Below, one piece after another: positions 18,436 to 29,616 of a stretch of DNA of 64,000 nt. Each line of letters opens with the position of its first letter. Positions within the stretch are counted from its first letter, which is position 1. This DNA is from Candidatus Omnitrophota bacterium (GTDB taxonomy: Bacteria > Omnitrophota > Gorgyraeia > Duberdicusellales > 4484-171). The notes below the pieces were generated by a model, which did not search any database, was not told the DNA's origin, and saw only the letters and a list, made by a program, of their open reading frames with translations. The DNA is taken from positions 9,057 to 73,056 of the forward strand of contig JAFGQU010000007.1 in the NCBI GenBank assembly GCA_016935525.1, written 5' to 3'. A program made the translations under genes and the position numbers.

Positions 18436-19617
18436 ATGGATAAAAAAATACTTATTGTTTCTCCGGACGAAAACTTAAGGGAAGTGCTCAATTTCTGTTT
18501 TGACGGATGGGGGTACGAGGTATTTTTACGTAATTGGGTCCATCACGACATTAAAGCGGTCAAAAAGGTCTCTCCCGATGTGATCGTAATGGATGTCTGT
18601 GCGGCAAAAAAAGGGCAACTTGAGATGTGCCGTCTTCTTAAAGACGATTTTACGACCGCGTTTATCCCGGTAATCACTTTGATCAATAAACGGCAGTTAC
18701 GTACGCAACTTTTGACGCTTAAACACGGAGTCGATGATTACCTGATCAAACCTCCCGATCCTCTCGATCTGCGGGTGCGGGTCGAGATGGCGCTGCGTCG
18801 GGCTCAATATAGCTATTATGCCAGTGCGCTTACAGGCCTTCCCGGAGGGAGGATCATCGAGGAGGTAGTCAATGAACGGTTCGCTCATAATCAGCCGTTT
18901 TCGTTCGGATACGTCGATATAGATAATTTTAAGTATTTCAATGATGTGTACGGATACCTGAAAGGTGACCGGGTGATCATGCAGACGGCATACATGTTAT
19001 ATAACGCGCTGAAACAGCATGGGAATAAAGAAGATTTTATCGGGCATATCGGCGGGGACGATTTTGTGTTTATTACTACCCCGGATCGGTACACAAAAGT
19101 ATGTCATGGGTTCATTACTCTTTTTGACCGGGTCATCCCGTTCCATTATTCTTTACGTGACCGCCGGCGCAGTTTTATCATCGCCCGGGACCGTACTCAC
19201 AAGATCAGACGCCAATCGCTTATGAGCGTGTCGGTAGCTGTGGTCAACCGGCTGGTACCGTCGGAGATCACTCACGTGATCCAGATCAATGAACGGGTCG
19301 CCGAGATCAAACATTATCTTAAAGGATTGGAAGGGAGCCATTACATGGCTGACCGTCGCAATACCGATATTCAAAAGACAGTCGCACCGGTCGGATCGGT
19401 CAAAGAACAGATGCCGGTGCTGTATAAACCGTTGGGCCAGATACTGCTTGATAGAGAGATGATTTCTCAGGAACAATTGGATGAGGCGTTACGCCTTCAC
19501 TGGAAACGCGGATTGATCCTGGGCGAAACCCTGAAAGAGCTGGGGTTCTTAAAAGAGAAAGAGTTACAGGAAGCGCTTAAGACCCAACAGTCCGATGTCT
19601 CGCGCCGGCCGGGATAA
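18436..19617 (+). CDS. REC - GGDEF (GGDDF variant) - MshEN-like c-di-GMP-binding domain fusion protein
   Basis: receiver with VIVMDV and IKP; ALTGLPGGR...GHIGGDDFVFI GGDEF core; C-terminal tandem PLGQILLDREMISQEQLDEALRLH and RGLILGETLKELGFLKEKELQEALKTQ MshEN motifs. Confidence 0.7.
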   Translation: MDKKILIVSPDENLREVLNFCFDGWGYEVFLRNWVHHDIKAVKKVSPDVIVMDVCAAKKGQLEMCRLLKDDFTTAFIPVITLINKRQLRTQLLTLKHGVDDYLIKPPDPLDLRVRVEMALRRAQYSYYASALTGLPGGRIIEEVVNERFAHNQPFSFGYVDIDNFKYFNDVYGYLKGDRVIMQTAYMLYNALKQHGNKEDFIGHIGGDDFVFITTPDRYTKVCHGFITLFDRVIPFHYSLRDRRRSFIIARDRTHKIRRQSLMSVSVAVVNRLVPSEITHVIQINERVAEIKHYLKGLEGSHYMADRRNTDIQKTVAPVGSVKEQMPVLYKPLGQILLDREMISQEQLDEALRLHWKRGLILGETLKELGFLKEKELQEALKTQQSDVSRRPG

Positions 19618-19773
19618 GGTATCGCGATACTATGCTACGGGAAAAGATCACTCATCGTCAAAAAAATGTTGCCCGTTTTTTAAGAGAAAAGAAGAACAAT
19701 CTTAAATCTCAGATCGATATGAATAAACAGAAAAACCGCCGTAAAGGCAGAACGAAACAGTAGGAGGAGACGT

Positions 19774-20244
19774 ATGGAACGAGTATACCTTACTCAAGAA
19801 GGACATGACAAGATGATGCAAGAGCTTGAGTATTTAAAAAAGGTGAAAAGAAGGGAGATCTCGAGCGCGATCGGACAAGCCCGGTTGCTGGGAGATCTAA
19901 AGGAAAATGCGGAATACCATGCCGCTAAAGAAGCCGCGTCCCATAACGAAGCGCGTATTCATGAGTTAGAAGATAAACTTTCCCGCGCTGAGATCGTCCA
20001 TGAAAACGCGGTCCCTGATGACCGGGTATGTTTTGGGGTAACCGTGAAACTGAAAGATCTGGAGAGTGAGGAGGAGATCGAATATAATTTGGTAGGGAAT
20101 GAAGAAGCCGATCCTATTGCCGGCAAGATCTCGGTCAGCTCTCCGGTCGGGAAAGCCCTGCTTGGCCATAAGGTGAATGAAATCGTGACAATCGAAGTCC
20201 CGGCCGGAACATTACAATACAAAATCACCGCTATTTCCCGTTGA
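19774..20244 (+). CDS. greA: transcription elongation factor GreA
   Basis: LTQEGHDKMMQELEYLK...EAREHGDLSENAEYHAAKE-like motifs. Confidence 0.85.
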   Translation: MERVYLTQEGHDKMMQELEYLKKVKRREISSAIGQARLLGDLKENAEYHAAKEAASHNEARIHELEDKLSRAEIVHENAVPDDRVCFGVTVKLKDLESEEEIEYNLVGNEEADPIAGKISVSSPVGKALLGHKVNEIVTIEVPAGTLQYKITAISR

Positions 20245-20358
20245 TCCCTTTTATGGGGGCGCGATTTTAGGTTGACAGAAATTAATAGTACGTTATAACG
20301 AAATTATGTGTTCCTGTCTATTTTATCGTGTATAAGATGCTTAGTGAGGAGGTATATC

Positions 20359-20754
20359 ATGCCAGAGTTTAAAGAGCTTTTCCAGAGTGCTGATTGGAAA
20401 TCAGAAAAACATGTCCCGGTGATCGTCGCGCCCAATTCGATTGCCAAAGGCGAAATGTGCGAGGTGACGGTCGGGATAGGCAAAGAAGTCGCGCATCCTA
20501 ATAAGACCGAACATCATATCGCCTGGGCTGAACTCTATTTTCACGCCGAAGGAGATAAGTTTCCTTACCAGATCGGCCGGGCCGAGTTCCGTGCGCACGG
20601 GGCATCAGCTCAAGGAGCCGATACCAGCGGGGTATATACTCACCATGAAGTGATGTTCCGGTTTAAAACCGAGAAATCCGGTATGATTTATGCGTCAAGT
20701 TATTGCAATATTCACGGATTGTGGCAGAGTCAGAAACCGTTAGCGGTTGAATAA
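20359..20754 (+). CDS. superoxide reductase (neelaredoxin/desulfoferrodoxin Fe-binding domain)
   Basis: EKHVPVI...HP..EHHIAW...C.IHGLW ligand pattern; GAGGAGG RBS; start trimmed to ATG 20359. Confidence 0.7.
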   Translation: MPEFKELFQSADWKSEKHVPVIVAPNSIAKGEMCEVTVGIGKEVAHPNKTEHHIAWAELYFHAEGDKFPYQIGRAEFRAHGASAQGADTSGVYTHHEVMFRFKTEKSGMIYASSYCNIHGLWQSQKPLAVE

Positions 20755-20772
20755 CTCCCGGTTACACAATGC

Positions 20773-20852
20773 CAGTCGCTAGTCTATAGTCTCTGGTATT
20801 TTATGAGTGAAAAGACATATACTAGCTACCAGAGACCAGAGACTAGAGACTG
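20773..20852. repeat. long imperfect hairpin, family E (26-nt arms CAGTCGCTAGTCTATAGTCTCTGGTA / TACCAGAGACCAGAGACTAGAGACTG)
   Basis: about 22/26 complementary arms, 28-nt loop, just 3' of the SOR stop; single-arm relative at 60483-60509. Confidence 0.6.
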
Positions 20853-20868
20853 TTAATCCATTAGAAGT

Positions 20869-21618
20869 ATGTTTGTCCGTAAACGAAAAGATACATTAGT
20901 TATCTGTCCGGTATATAACGAAAAGAATACGTTACGTAATTTTTACGAAAATGTGCGCAAATATTATGCCTCAGATGTGTTGTTTATCGATGACGGATCG
21001 ACTGATACGGGGCGTGATTATCTTACCGGGATAAGAGACTCGCATACCTTTCTCCTGCGTCATCATCTGCGTCAGGGATACGGTGCGGCGGTATTATCCG
21101 GATTTGAATTCGCCCTTACATTGAATTACGCCCGAATAGTGACTATCGATGCCGATCTTCAGCATCATCCCCGCCATATCGTACGGTTCCTGCGCGGTCT
21201 CTATGGGAAGGAAGTCGTACTGGGTTCCCGTTATTTACGGGTTTCCGGGGACGTACGGGTTCCCCGTTCTCAAGCTATGCTGAACCGTTATGTCCGCCAG
21301 TTGCTTAAGATGTTGTTTGCTCTTTCGGTAAGCGATCCGTTTTGCGCGTATCGCGGATATCGTTCTTCGTTTTTAAAGAAGGTAACCCTTGCGGAAAAAG
21401 GGTATGGATTGAGCCTGGAGATTATTCTGGAGATATTAAGGCAAGAGGTGGATTTTGAGGAGATCCCGGTTGAGGCGATTTATCCTGCGTTGCCCAGAAA
21501 CTTTTTAGAAAAACCCCAAGACTTGCGCCGCCGGATGGAGTATTACCTTGATATTATCGAAAAAAAGAGGGTCATGACGGCCTTAAAAAGGGTCCCGGTA
21601 CCTCAGAGGAAAAAGTAA
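20869..21618 (+). CDS. family 2 glycosyltransferase (polyprenyl-phosphate sugar transferase-like)
   Basis: CPVYNEK...DDGSTD GT2 motifs. Confidence 0.7.
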   Translation: MFVRKRKDTLVICPVYNEKNTLRNFYENVRKYYASDVLFIDDGSTDTGRDYLTGIRDSHTFLLRHHLRQGYGAAVLSGFEFALTLNYARIVTIDADLQHHPRHIVRFLRGLYGKEVVLGSRYLRVSGDVRVPRSQAMLNRYVRQLLKMLFALSVSDPFCAYRGYRSSFLKKVTLAEKGYGLSLEIILEILRQEVDFEEIPVEAIYPALPRNFLEKPQDLRRRMEYYLDIIEKKRVMTALKRVPVPQRKK

Positions 21619-21619
21619 T

Positions 21620-22807
21620 ATGCCTCGTCAAAACAAAACTACACCGCTAAACCCGAACATCAAACTTTTAGGGATAGTGAGTTTCCTTAACGATTTAAGC
21701 AGTGAAATGATCCTGCCGATATTGCCGTTATTTATCCAATCCCTGGGTGCCAGCACAATGATGGTCGGATTGATCGGGGGAGTACGGGAAAGTATTGCCA
21801 GTATCCTGAAGGTATTCTCGGGATATATTTCCGATCGCAGCGGTAATCGTAAATCTTTGGTATTAGGCGGGTATTTTTCTTCATCGGTTTTTAAATTCGC
21901 CTTAGGGTTGTCAAAGGTATGGCCGCAGGTGTTGATCTTTTCCGGGTTAGAACGTGTCGGCAAAGGACTTCGTACCGCTCCACGGGATGCGATCATCGCC
22001 GAATCTTCAGGGAAAAGTAAGGGCCGGGGATTCGGAGTACACCGGATGTTCGATACCGCCGGTGCCGTGTTAGGATCGACGGTGGTATTGTTTCTGTATT
22101 GGCAGTTGCACCTTAATTTTCGTCATATCATCCTTCTTGCCGCGTTCATATCTTTTCTTTCGCTTATCCCTCTTTATAGGGTCAAGAGCGAAAAAGGTTT
22201 TCCCAAAAAGACTTCGTTCGCGTTCAATATCCGATCGTTGAGTAGACCGTTATGGGCGTTTCTGGTCGTTTCCGGGACGTTTGCTCTGGCTAATTTCAGT
22301 TATATGTTTTTTATCTTACGTCTTAAACAGAGTTTTCCCGGCCACTGGTCGACGGTCGCTCCTTTGATCCTTTATATTTTTTTCAATATTTTTTATGCGG
22401 CAGGTTCGGTCCCGTTCGGAATGCTTTCCGATAAGATCGGACGTAAACGGGTCCTGCTTTTAGGGTATGCTCTTTTCGGAATAATCTGTTTCGGTTTTGC
22501 CATGTATGATTCTCTTATCCTTTCTACCGTGCTGTTTATCCTTTACGGAGTGATGAACGCGATCATCGATGCGAATCAAAGGGCCTATGTGTCCGATCTG
22601 GCTTTATCCGATATCCGGGCAACGGCATTAGGCGCCTTCCATAGTACGACCGGAATATTGGCTCTTCCGGCTTCGCTGTGTGCCGGTTTTTTCTGGCAGC
22701 AGTTTTCCTCGCACATGACGTTTTTGTACGGGGGACTTCTCACGTTATGTTCGTTGGGATTTTTTGTGTTGTTCTGGAAGGTGTTACCGGATAAAAAAGC
22801 CGTATAA
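21620..22807 (+). CDS. MFS transporter
   Basis: about 12 predicted TM segments; GxxSDRxGRK between TM2 and TM3. Confidence 0.75.
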   Translation: MPRQNKTTPLNPNIKLLGIVSFLNDLSSEMILPILPLFIQSLGASTMMVGLIGGVRESIASILKVFSGYISDRSGNRKSLVLGGYFSSSVFKFALGLSKVWPQVLIFSGLERVGKGLRTAPRDAIIAESSGKSKGRGFGVHRMFDTAGAVLGSTVVLFLYWQLHLNFRHIILLAAFISFLSLIPLYRVKSEKGFPKKTSFAFNIRSLSRPLWAFLVVSGTFALANFSYMFFILRLKQSFPGHWSTVAPLILYIFFNIFYAAGSVPFGMLSDKIGRKRVLLLGYALFGIICFGFAMYDSLILSTVLFILYGVMNAIIDANQRAYVSDLALSDIRATALGAFHSTTGILALPASLCAGFFWQQFSSHMTFLYGGLLTLCSLGFFVLFWKVLPDKKAV

Positions 22808-22838
22808 TCCGGTTTTTAATGTCCTGCGATTTTTTCGG

Positions 22839-22866
22839 TTGCAAATGCCCGCCATGTTGTTATAAT
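22839..22866 (+). promoter_or_regulatory. sigma70-type promoter TTGCAA-N16-TATAAT for the gap operon
   Basis: hexamers read directly from sequence. Confidence 0.6.
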
Positions 22867-22874
22867 ACACCTTC

Positions 22875-24103
<1,229 letters not shown>

Positions 24104-24225
24104 TAGGGTATAGGGTGGCGGGTATCGGGTGCCGTAAAGATCATATATTCTTAAATCGCTTTTCTTCACGATACCCTAAACCCGGAACCCTGCACTCTCA
24201 ATATAATAAGTTGAAAGGTTAGAAT

Positions 24226-25413
24226 ATGAATAAGGTCACGGTAAAAGATCTTGATATAAAAAATAAAAAGGTAATCATGCGGGTCGATTATAACGTCCCG
24301 CTTAACGATAGCCTTGTCATTACCGACGATGCCCGGATCCGGGCAAGTATGGAGACGATCCAGTATATCCTTTCCGCCGGCGCGCAAAAAGTCATCCTGA
24401 TGAGCCATCTGGGCCGGCCAAAGGGAAAAGTAGTCGAGACCATGAGGATGAACCCGGTTGCCGTAAGACTTTCCGAGATTTTGGGTGAACCGGTGAAGAA
24501 ACTCGACGATTGTATCGGGGATAAAGCGAAGGAAGAGATCAAAAACGCATCAGAACGGGTTATTCTTCTTGAGAACGTGAGGTTTTACTCCCAGGAAGAA
24601 AAGGGCGATAAAGAGTTCGCAAAGAGCCTTGCCGATTTAGCCGATATATATGTGAATGACGCCTTCGGCACCGCGCATCGTGCCCATGCTTCGACTACGA
24701 TCATCGCTCAGTTTTTACCCTCCGGCGCAGGGTTCCTTATCGAAAAAGAGATCCGGTATCTTTCCCAGGCGCTTAATCCTGAGAAACCGTATATCGTTAT
24801 TCTGGGCGGAGCGAAAGTTTCCGATAAGATCGCGGTGGTGGAAAATCTGATCGAAAAAGCCGACGTCATCCTTATCGGCGGAGCTATGGCGTATACGTTT
24901 CTTAAAAGCCAGGGGCATGATATCGGTTCTTCCCGGGTAGAAGAAGATAAACTTGACCTGGCAAAGTCTATTTTAGAGAAAGCAATTGCGAAAAACGTCA
25001 GGATCGTGTTGCCCGTTGACCATCTTATCGTCGATGCGATCGATCACCCTCACAGTAAGAAAACGACCGCCGACGTGAATATCTCGAAAGGGTGCCTCGG
25101 AGTAGATGTCGGGCCTAAAACGATCGCTCTTTTTAAAGAAGAATTACGCAAAGCGAAAACCGTGCTATGGAACGGGCCGTTAGGCATTTTCGAAACAGCC
25201 GATTACGCGCAAGGGACACAAGAGATCGCTTTGACTCTTGCGGATTTAAAGGGCGCGACGGTCATCGTCGGCGGAGGAGATAGCGCGGCGGCGGCAAGCC
25301 TGTTCGGGGTGAAAGATTCTCTCTCGCACGTTTCTACCGGCGGCGGGGCGTCACTTGAATTTTTAGAAGGGAAAGAGTTGCCGGGAATCGCGGCAATACC
25401 GGATAAAAAGTAA
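24226..25413 (+). CDS. pgk: phosphoglycerate kinase
   Basis: MSHLGRPKG...GGGASLE motifs. Confidence 0.95.
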   Translation: MNKVTVKDLDIKNKKVIMRVDYNVPLNDSLVITDDARIRASMETIQYILSAGAQKVILMSHLGRPKGKVVETMRMNPVAVRLSEILGEPVKKLDDCIGDKAKEEIKNASERVILLENVRFYSQEEKGDKEFAKSLADLADIYVNDAFGTAHRAHASTTIIAQFLPSGAGFLIEKEIRYLSQALNPEKPYIVILGGAKVSDKIAVVENLIEKADVILIGGAMAYTFLKSQGHDIGSSRVEEDKLDLAKSILEKAIAKNVRIVLPVDHLIVDAIDHPHSKKTTADVNISKGCLGVDVGPKTIALFKEELRKAKTVLWNGPLGIFETADYAQGTQEIALTLADLKGATVIVGGGDSAAAASLFGVKDSLSHVSTGGGASLEFLEGKELPGIAAIPDKK

Positions 25414-25485
25414 TATGTGTTCTTTTAAAATCCGAAATCCTAAATCCGAAGCACGAAACAAGCACGAATACCCAAAATCCTAATG

Positions 25486-25509
25486 ACCAAAACGGAAATC
25501 CGTTTGGAA
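25486..25509. repeat. family G hairpin motif ACCAAAACGGAAATCCGTTTGGAA
   Basis: related copy at 26402-26425; adjacent TCGAATTT tandem repeats at 25520-25555. Confidence 0.55.
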
Positions 25510-25579
25510 CATTTGAATTTCGAATTTGTTTCGAATTTCGAATTTCGATATTCGGGCTTTTAACCGAAGGAGAAAAGAT

Positions 25580-26356
25580 ATGGCTCGTAAACCTTTTATC
25601 GCAGGAAACTGGAAGATGTATAAGACTACAAACGAAGCGGTAGAGCTGGCCGGCAGTCTGGTAAAAGAAATAGGTAAATTCGTGCATGCCGATATCGCTC
25701 TCTGTCCGACCTATACCGTTCTCAACGATGTATATAAAACGATTGAAAATTCGGTGATTACGTTAGGCGCTCAGAACGTGTACTGGGAATCCGAAGGGGC
25801 TTATACCGGAGAAATATCTCCGATCATGGTAAAAGATACCGGTGCGGAATACGTCATTATCGGGCATTCGGAACGAAGAAAATATTTTTCTGAAACCGAT
25901 TCGACCGTCAACAAAAAGGTAAAAGCCGTACTGGCCATAGGCCTTACTCCGATCATCTGTATCGGCGAGACGTTAGAAGAACGAGAACAGAACAAGACCA
26001 TGGATGTGATCAAAACCCAGCTTGAAGGAGGGTTAGAAGGGTTTGCCGCGTTAGACGTATTGAACAGCGTGATCGCCTATGAACCGATCTGGGCTATCGG
26101 TACCGGGAAGACCGCGACTCCCGAGCAGGCCGAAGAAGTGCATGCGTTTATCCGTACATGGTTAGAAGAAAAATATACCAGTTCGACTTCCGATCAGATA
26201 AGGATCCTTTATGGCGGCAGCGTGAAACCGGAGAATATCCGGGAGTTAATGCAGAAAGAGAATATTGACGGGGCCTTGGTCGGCGGCGCCTCGCTGAAAA
26301 AAGATAGTTTTGTAAGTATTGTCAAAAACGCCGTAAGTGATACAATCAAAACGTAG
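25580..26356 (+). CDS. tpiA: triosephosphate isomerase
   Basis: AGNWKM, GHSERR, AYEPIWAIGTG motifs; start set at the Met of MARKPFIAGNWKM. Confidence 0.9.
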   Translation: MARKPFIAGNWKMYKTTNEAVELAGSLVKEIGKFVHADIALCPTYTVLNDVYKTIENSVITLGAQNVYWESEGAYTGEISPIMVKDTGAEYVIIGHSERRKYFSETDSTVNKKVKAVLAIGLTPIICIGETLEEREQNKTMDVIKTQLEGGLEGFAALDVLNSVIAYEPIWAIGTGKTATPEQAEEVHAFIRTWLEEKYTSSTSDQIRILYGGSVKPENIRELMQKENIDGALVGGASLKKDSFVSIVKNAVSDTIKT

Positions 26357-26401
26357 TACGAAGAGAGAGATACAAGAAATTCCAAATCCCAAGTTCCAAT
26401 A

Positions 26402-26425
26402 ACCAAAACGGATTTCGTTTGGAAT
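26402..26425. repeat. family G hairpin motif ACCAAAACGGATTTCGTTTGGAA
   Basis: see 25486-25509. Confidence 0.55.
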
Positions 26426-26449
26426 TTAATATAAGAATGAAAGAGAAAT

Positions 26450-26734
26450 ATGTATAATCTGGTTTTAAGTTTCCATGTGTTGATAGTTGCGTCATTGGTG
26501 ACGATTATTCTTATCCAGCGCGGACGTTCGGGCGGACTGGTCGAGGCTTTGGGGGGAGTAGAATCTATTTTTGGCACCAAGACCAGCGCTTTTTTAGTAA
26601 AGGTTACCGTTGCTCTGGTTATTTTTTTCTTTCTGACCTCGATCTCGTTAGCCTATCTTTCCAAACAACGCAGTAAATCTTTGATTGAAAGGATGAATGT
26701 ACCCAGTCAATCGCAACAGTCTGAATCCGAATGA
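26450..26734 (+). CDS. secG: preprotein translocase subunit SecG
   Basis: about 90 aa, two TM helices, LLQRGRSGGL motif; sits after tpiA as in many genomes. Confidence 0.75.
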   Translation: MYNLVLSFHVLIVASLVTIILIQRGRSGGLVEALGGVESIFGTKTSAFLVKVTVALVIFFFLTSISLAYLSKQRSKSLIERMNVPSQSQQSESE

Positions 26735-28523
26735 TGCGATGCATAAAGGGCGCAAGGTCTTTTCAGCCCCAACCCGATTCCCGCCGATAGCCTATTCCCT
26801 TTTCACGTGGACACTATTTTTTGGTTTTTGTGCAGGTACGGTCTCCGGTTTCTGCGCGGTATGGGAAGAACCGCTTAAAGAGTATACCTTTATGTGCGGG
26901 ACTTCCGGCGGCCGGCTTATCCTTTCTTCGACGAATGACCCGAAATCGTTTAATCCTATCGTCGCCAAAGAGACTTCTACCACCCAGATCACCGGCCTGC
27001 TGTTTGAAGGGTTAGTTACCCGTGATCCGTTAACTCTGGAGATCCTGCCGCGATTGGCCCAAAAGTGGAAGACCGCCGACGGTAAAGTATGGACGTTTTC
27101 CTTACGCCGGGGCGTGAAATGGTCTGACGGTAAAGAATTCACTGCCGATGACGTGGTGTTTACCTTTAACGACCTTATTTATAATCCGGATATTCCGACC
27201 TCAAGCCGGGATATCTTTACGATCGAAGGAGAAAAAATCGTCGTGGAGAAAGTCGATACCTATACTGTACGGTTTAGACTTCCTTCGGTTTTTGCTCCGT
27301 TTCTCGAATCGCTTGCCCATGAAATATTGCCCGAACATATCTATGGCCCGATGGTCACCTCCGGTACGTTTACCTTTAGTATGGGCTTGGACAGTAACCC
27401 TTCGGGTATCGTGGGCTGCGGTCCGTTCCGTTTAAAAAAATATCTTCCCGGAGAGCGGGTCGTATTAGAACGGAACCCCTTTTACTGGCGCAAAGATTCC
27501 TGCGGGCGGAGCCTGCCTTATCTGGATGAGATCATATTTGTAGTATTGGCTAATCAGGATCGGGCATTGCTTAAATTCATGGAATCAGAAATCGATTACT
27601 ACAGCTTGCGTCCCCAGGATATCGCTATACTGGGGAAGATGAAGACCGAGGGCGATTTTACGATCTATAATACCGGCACCTCGTTCACGTCGGATTTTGT
27701 AGTGTTAAACCAGAATCCCGGTACTCATCCGCATACTCAAAAACCGTTCGTCCTGCCGTATAAGTTGAAATGGTTTCAGAACGTGAATTTCCGCAAAAGC
27801 ATCTCTTACGCGATCAACCGTAAAAAGATCATTGATGTGGTATTCCAGGGGCTGGCCGGTCCGCGTTATTCCTGCGTGAGCCCGGCCAATACGCTTTTTT
27901 ATAATCCGGAGATTACTCAATATCCTTATGATCCTCAGAAGGCCCGGCGCCTGCTCGGTGAGATGGGGTTTGCCGACCGCGATCAAGACGGGATATTAGA
28001 GGACCAAGAAGGACATACATTGGAGATGACTTTTTTCACCAATAACGACAGTACCGAACGTATCCAGATCGCGACCTTGATCAAGAAAGACCTGGAAGAT
28101 ATCGGGATGAGGATATACTTCCTCCCCCTGAATTTTAATAACCTGGTGACTAAACTTATATCCAGTTTTGACTGGGAAATGATCCTTATCGGACTCACCG
28201 GCGGAATCGAACCGCATTTTGGTAAAAACGTCTGGTCATATACCGGCGTGCTCCATATGTGGAACCCGACCAAGACCGCGGTGTATGAATGGGAAAAAGA
28301 GATCGAAGATATATTTAATCAGGGCGTGAGGATATTAGACCACACCCGGCGTAAAAAATTGTATGACCGTTGGCAAAAAATAGTTTCCGAAGAACTCCCG
28401 GTTATGTATACCGTAACCGGAGAATCTATTTTCGCGGTAAAGAACCGGTTGGGGAACGTATATCCTACGGTACTGGGCGGAGCCTTTCCGGAAATAGAAA
28501 GAGTTTTTATAAGGGAAGAGTAG
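26697..28523 (+). CDS. ABC transporter substrate-binding protein, family 5 (oligopeptide/nickel OppA-like)
   Basis: SBP_bac_5-like sequence; true start may be downstream (MHKGRK at about 26739). Confidence 0.75.
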   Translation: MYPVNRNSLNPNDAMHKGRKVFSAPTRFPPIAYSLFTWTLFFGFCAGTVSGFCAVWEEPLKEYTFMCGTSGGRLILSSTNDPKSFNPIVAKETSTTQITGLLFEGLVTRDPLTLEILPRLAQKWKTADGKVWTFSLRRGVKWSDGKEFTADDVVFTFNDLIYNPDIPTSSRDIFTIEGEKIVVEKVDTYTVRFRLPSVFAPFLESLAHEILPEHIYGPMVTSGTFTFSMGLDSNPSGIVGCGPFRLKKYLPGERVVLERNPFYWRKDSCGRSLPYLDEIIFVVLANQDRALLKFMESEIDYYSLRPQDIAILGKMKTEGDFTIYNTGTSFTSDFVVLNQNPGTHPHTQKPFVLPYKLKWFQNVNFRKSISYAINRKKIIDVVFQGLAGPRYSCVSPANTLFYNPEITQYPYDPQKARRLLGEMGFADRDQDGILEDQEGHTLEMTFFTNNDSTERIQIATLIKKDLEDIGMRIYFLPLNFNNLVTKLISSFDWEMILIGLTGGIEPHFGKNVWSYTGVLHMWNPTKTAVYEWEKEIEDIFNQGVRILDHTRRKKLYDRWQKIVSEELPVMYTVTGESIFAVKNRLGNVYPTVLGGAFPEIERVFIREE

Positions 28524-28530
28524 TTGAAAA

Positions 28531-28615
28531 TTAGCAATGTTCAATTAGCAATTATCATTTAGCAATGAAGAGTGGAATAAGGTGTTTTAAATTGCTAATT
28601 GTTAAATGCTAAATG
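28531..28615. repeat. family D repeat copy 2 with extra hairpin TTAGCAATTATCATTTAGCAA/TTGCTAATTGTTAAATGCTAA
   Basis: see 17881-17920. Confidence 0.6.
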
Positions 28616-29613
28616 ATCAATTTGCATTTTTAGGAATTATGGTACGGTTTATCATAAAAAGGCTGTTGATCACCATCCCGCTTTTGTTCGGGATGACTTT
28701 TGTTACGTTTCTTTTTATTCAGCTTGCCCCGGGAGATTTTCTGGATACGTTGCGGATGAATCCTCAGGTATCGCAAGAGGTGATCGACCTTTATAAAGCA
28801 AAGTTCCATTTAGACCAACCGTTGATAATCCAGTATTTCGTATGGTTTAAAAACCTGCTGCGTCTGGATTGGGGATATTCGTTTGCTTACAAAGCTCCGG
28901 TAATGAAAGTTATCGCGTCGCGCGCGTTTAATACGCTTTTGCTTTCACTCGCGGCGATCGTGGTTACCTGGGTCTTGGTGATTCCGCTGGGAGTGATCGC
29001 CTGCCTGCATCGTAACCGTTGGCCGGACCGATTGATCTCGTTTTTATCGTATTTCGGGATCTCTACGCCTACTTTTTTTCTGGCTTTTATACTCCTTTAT
29101 CTGGCGACTTTTACCGGCTGGTTGCCGCTTGGAGGGATGCGTTCGTTACGGTTCGATGAATTGACTCCGGTCGCAAAGTTTTTCGATATTGCCCGGCATC
29201 TGATCATTCCGACGGTCGTATTGTCGGTAGGAAGCATCGCATCTTTACAACGGATAATGCGGGCAAACCTTCTGGAAGTATTGGGGTCCTCCTATATCCT
29301 TGCGGCAAAGTCGCGGGGGATATATCCTAAACGGATCCTTTATATCCATGCGTTAAAAAACGCGCTCAACCCGATGATCACTATCTTCGGGTATCAGTTC
29401 TCATCGCTTTTAAGCGGCGCCGCGCTCACCGAGATCATTTGCGGTTGGCCGGGGTTAGGTTCGGTTTTTTTACAGGCGGTATTTAACCAGGACCTCTATT
29501 TGATCATGGGCGCGGTACTTATCGGCGGATTACTTTTGATCCTCGGGAACCTCGTTGCGGATATCCTTTTAGGCGTATTCGACCCGCGGATCAGGTATGA
29601 GAAGGGATTCTAA
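28606..29613 (+). CDS. ABC transporter permease (OppB/DppB family)
   Basis: binding-protein-dependent transport permease signature region. Confidence 0.8.
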   Translation: MLNDQFAFLGIMVRFIIKRLLITIPLLFGMTFVTFLFIQLAPGDFLDTLRMNPQVSQEVIDLYKAKFHLDQPLIIQYFVWFKNLLRLDWGYSFAYKAPVMKVIASRAFNTLLLSLAAIVVTWVLVIPLGVIACLHRNRWPDRLISFLSYFGISTPTFFLAFILLYLATFTGWLPLGGMRSLRFDELTPVAKFFDIARHLIIPTVVLSVGSIASLQRIMRANLLEVLGSSYILAAKSRGIYPKRILYIHALKNALNPMITIFGYQFSSLLSGAALTEIICGWPGLGSVFLQAVFNQDLYLIMGAVLIGGLLLILGNLVADILLGVFDPRIRYEKGF

Positions 29614-29616
29614 AAG

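Noticed and set aside
19690-19734. 14-codon ORF MNKQKNRRKGRTKQ upstream of greA
   Set aside because: No RBS, and the basic composition is a likely chance reading frame in an A-rich leader.
25520-25555. Tandem TCGAATTT repeats considered as a CRISPR array or VNTR
   Set aside because: The units are only 8 bp with no spacers and no cas genes. It is a simple tandem repeat.
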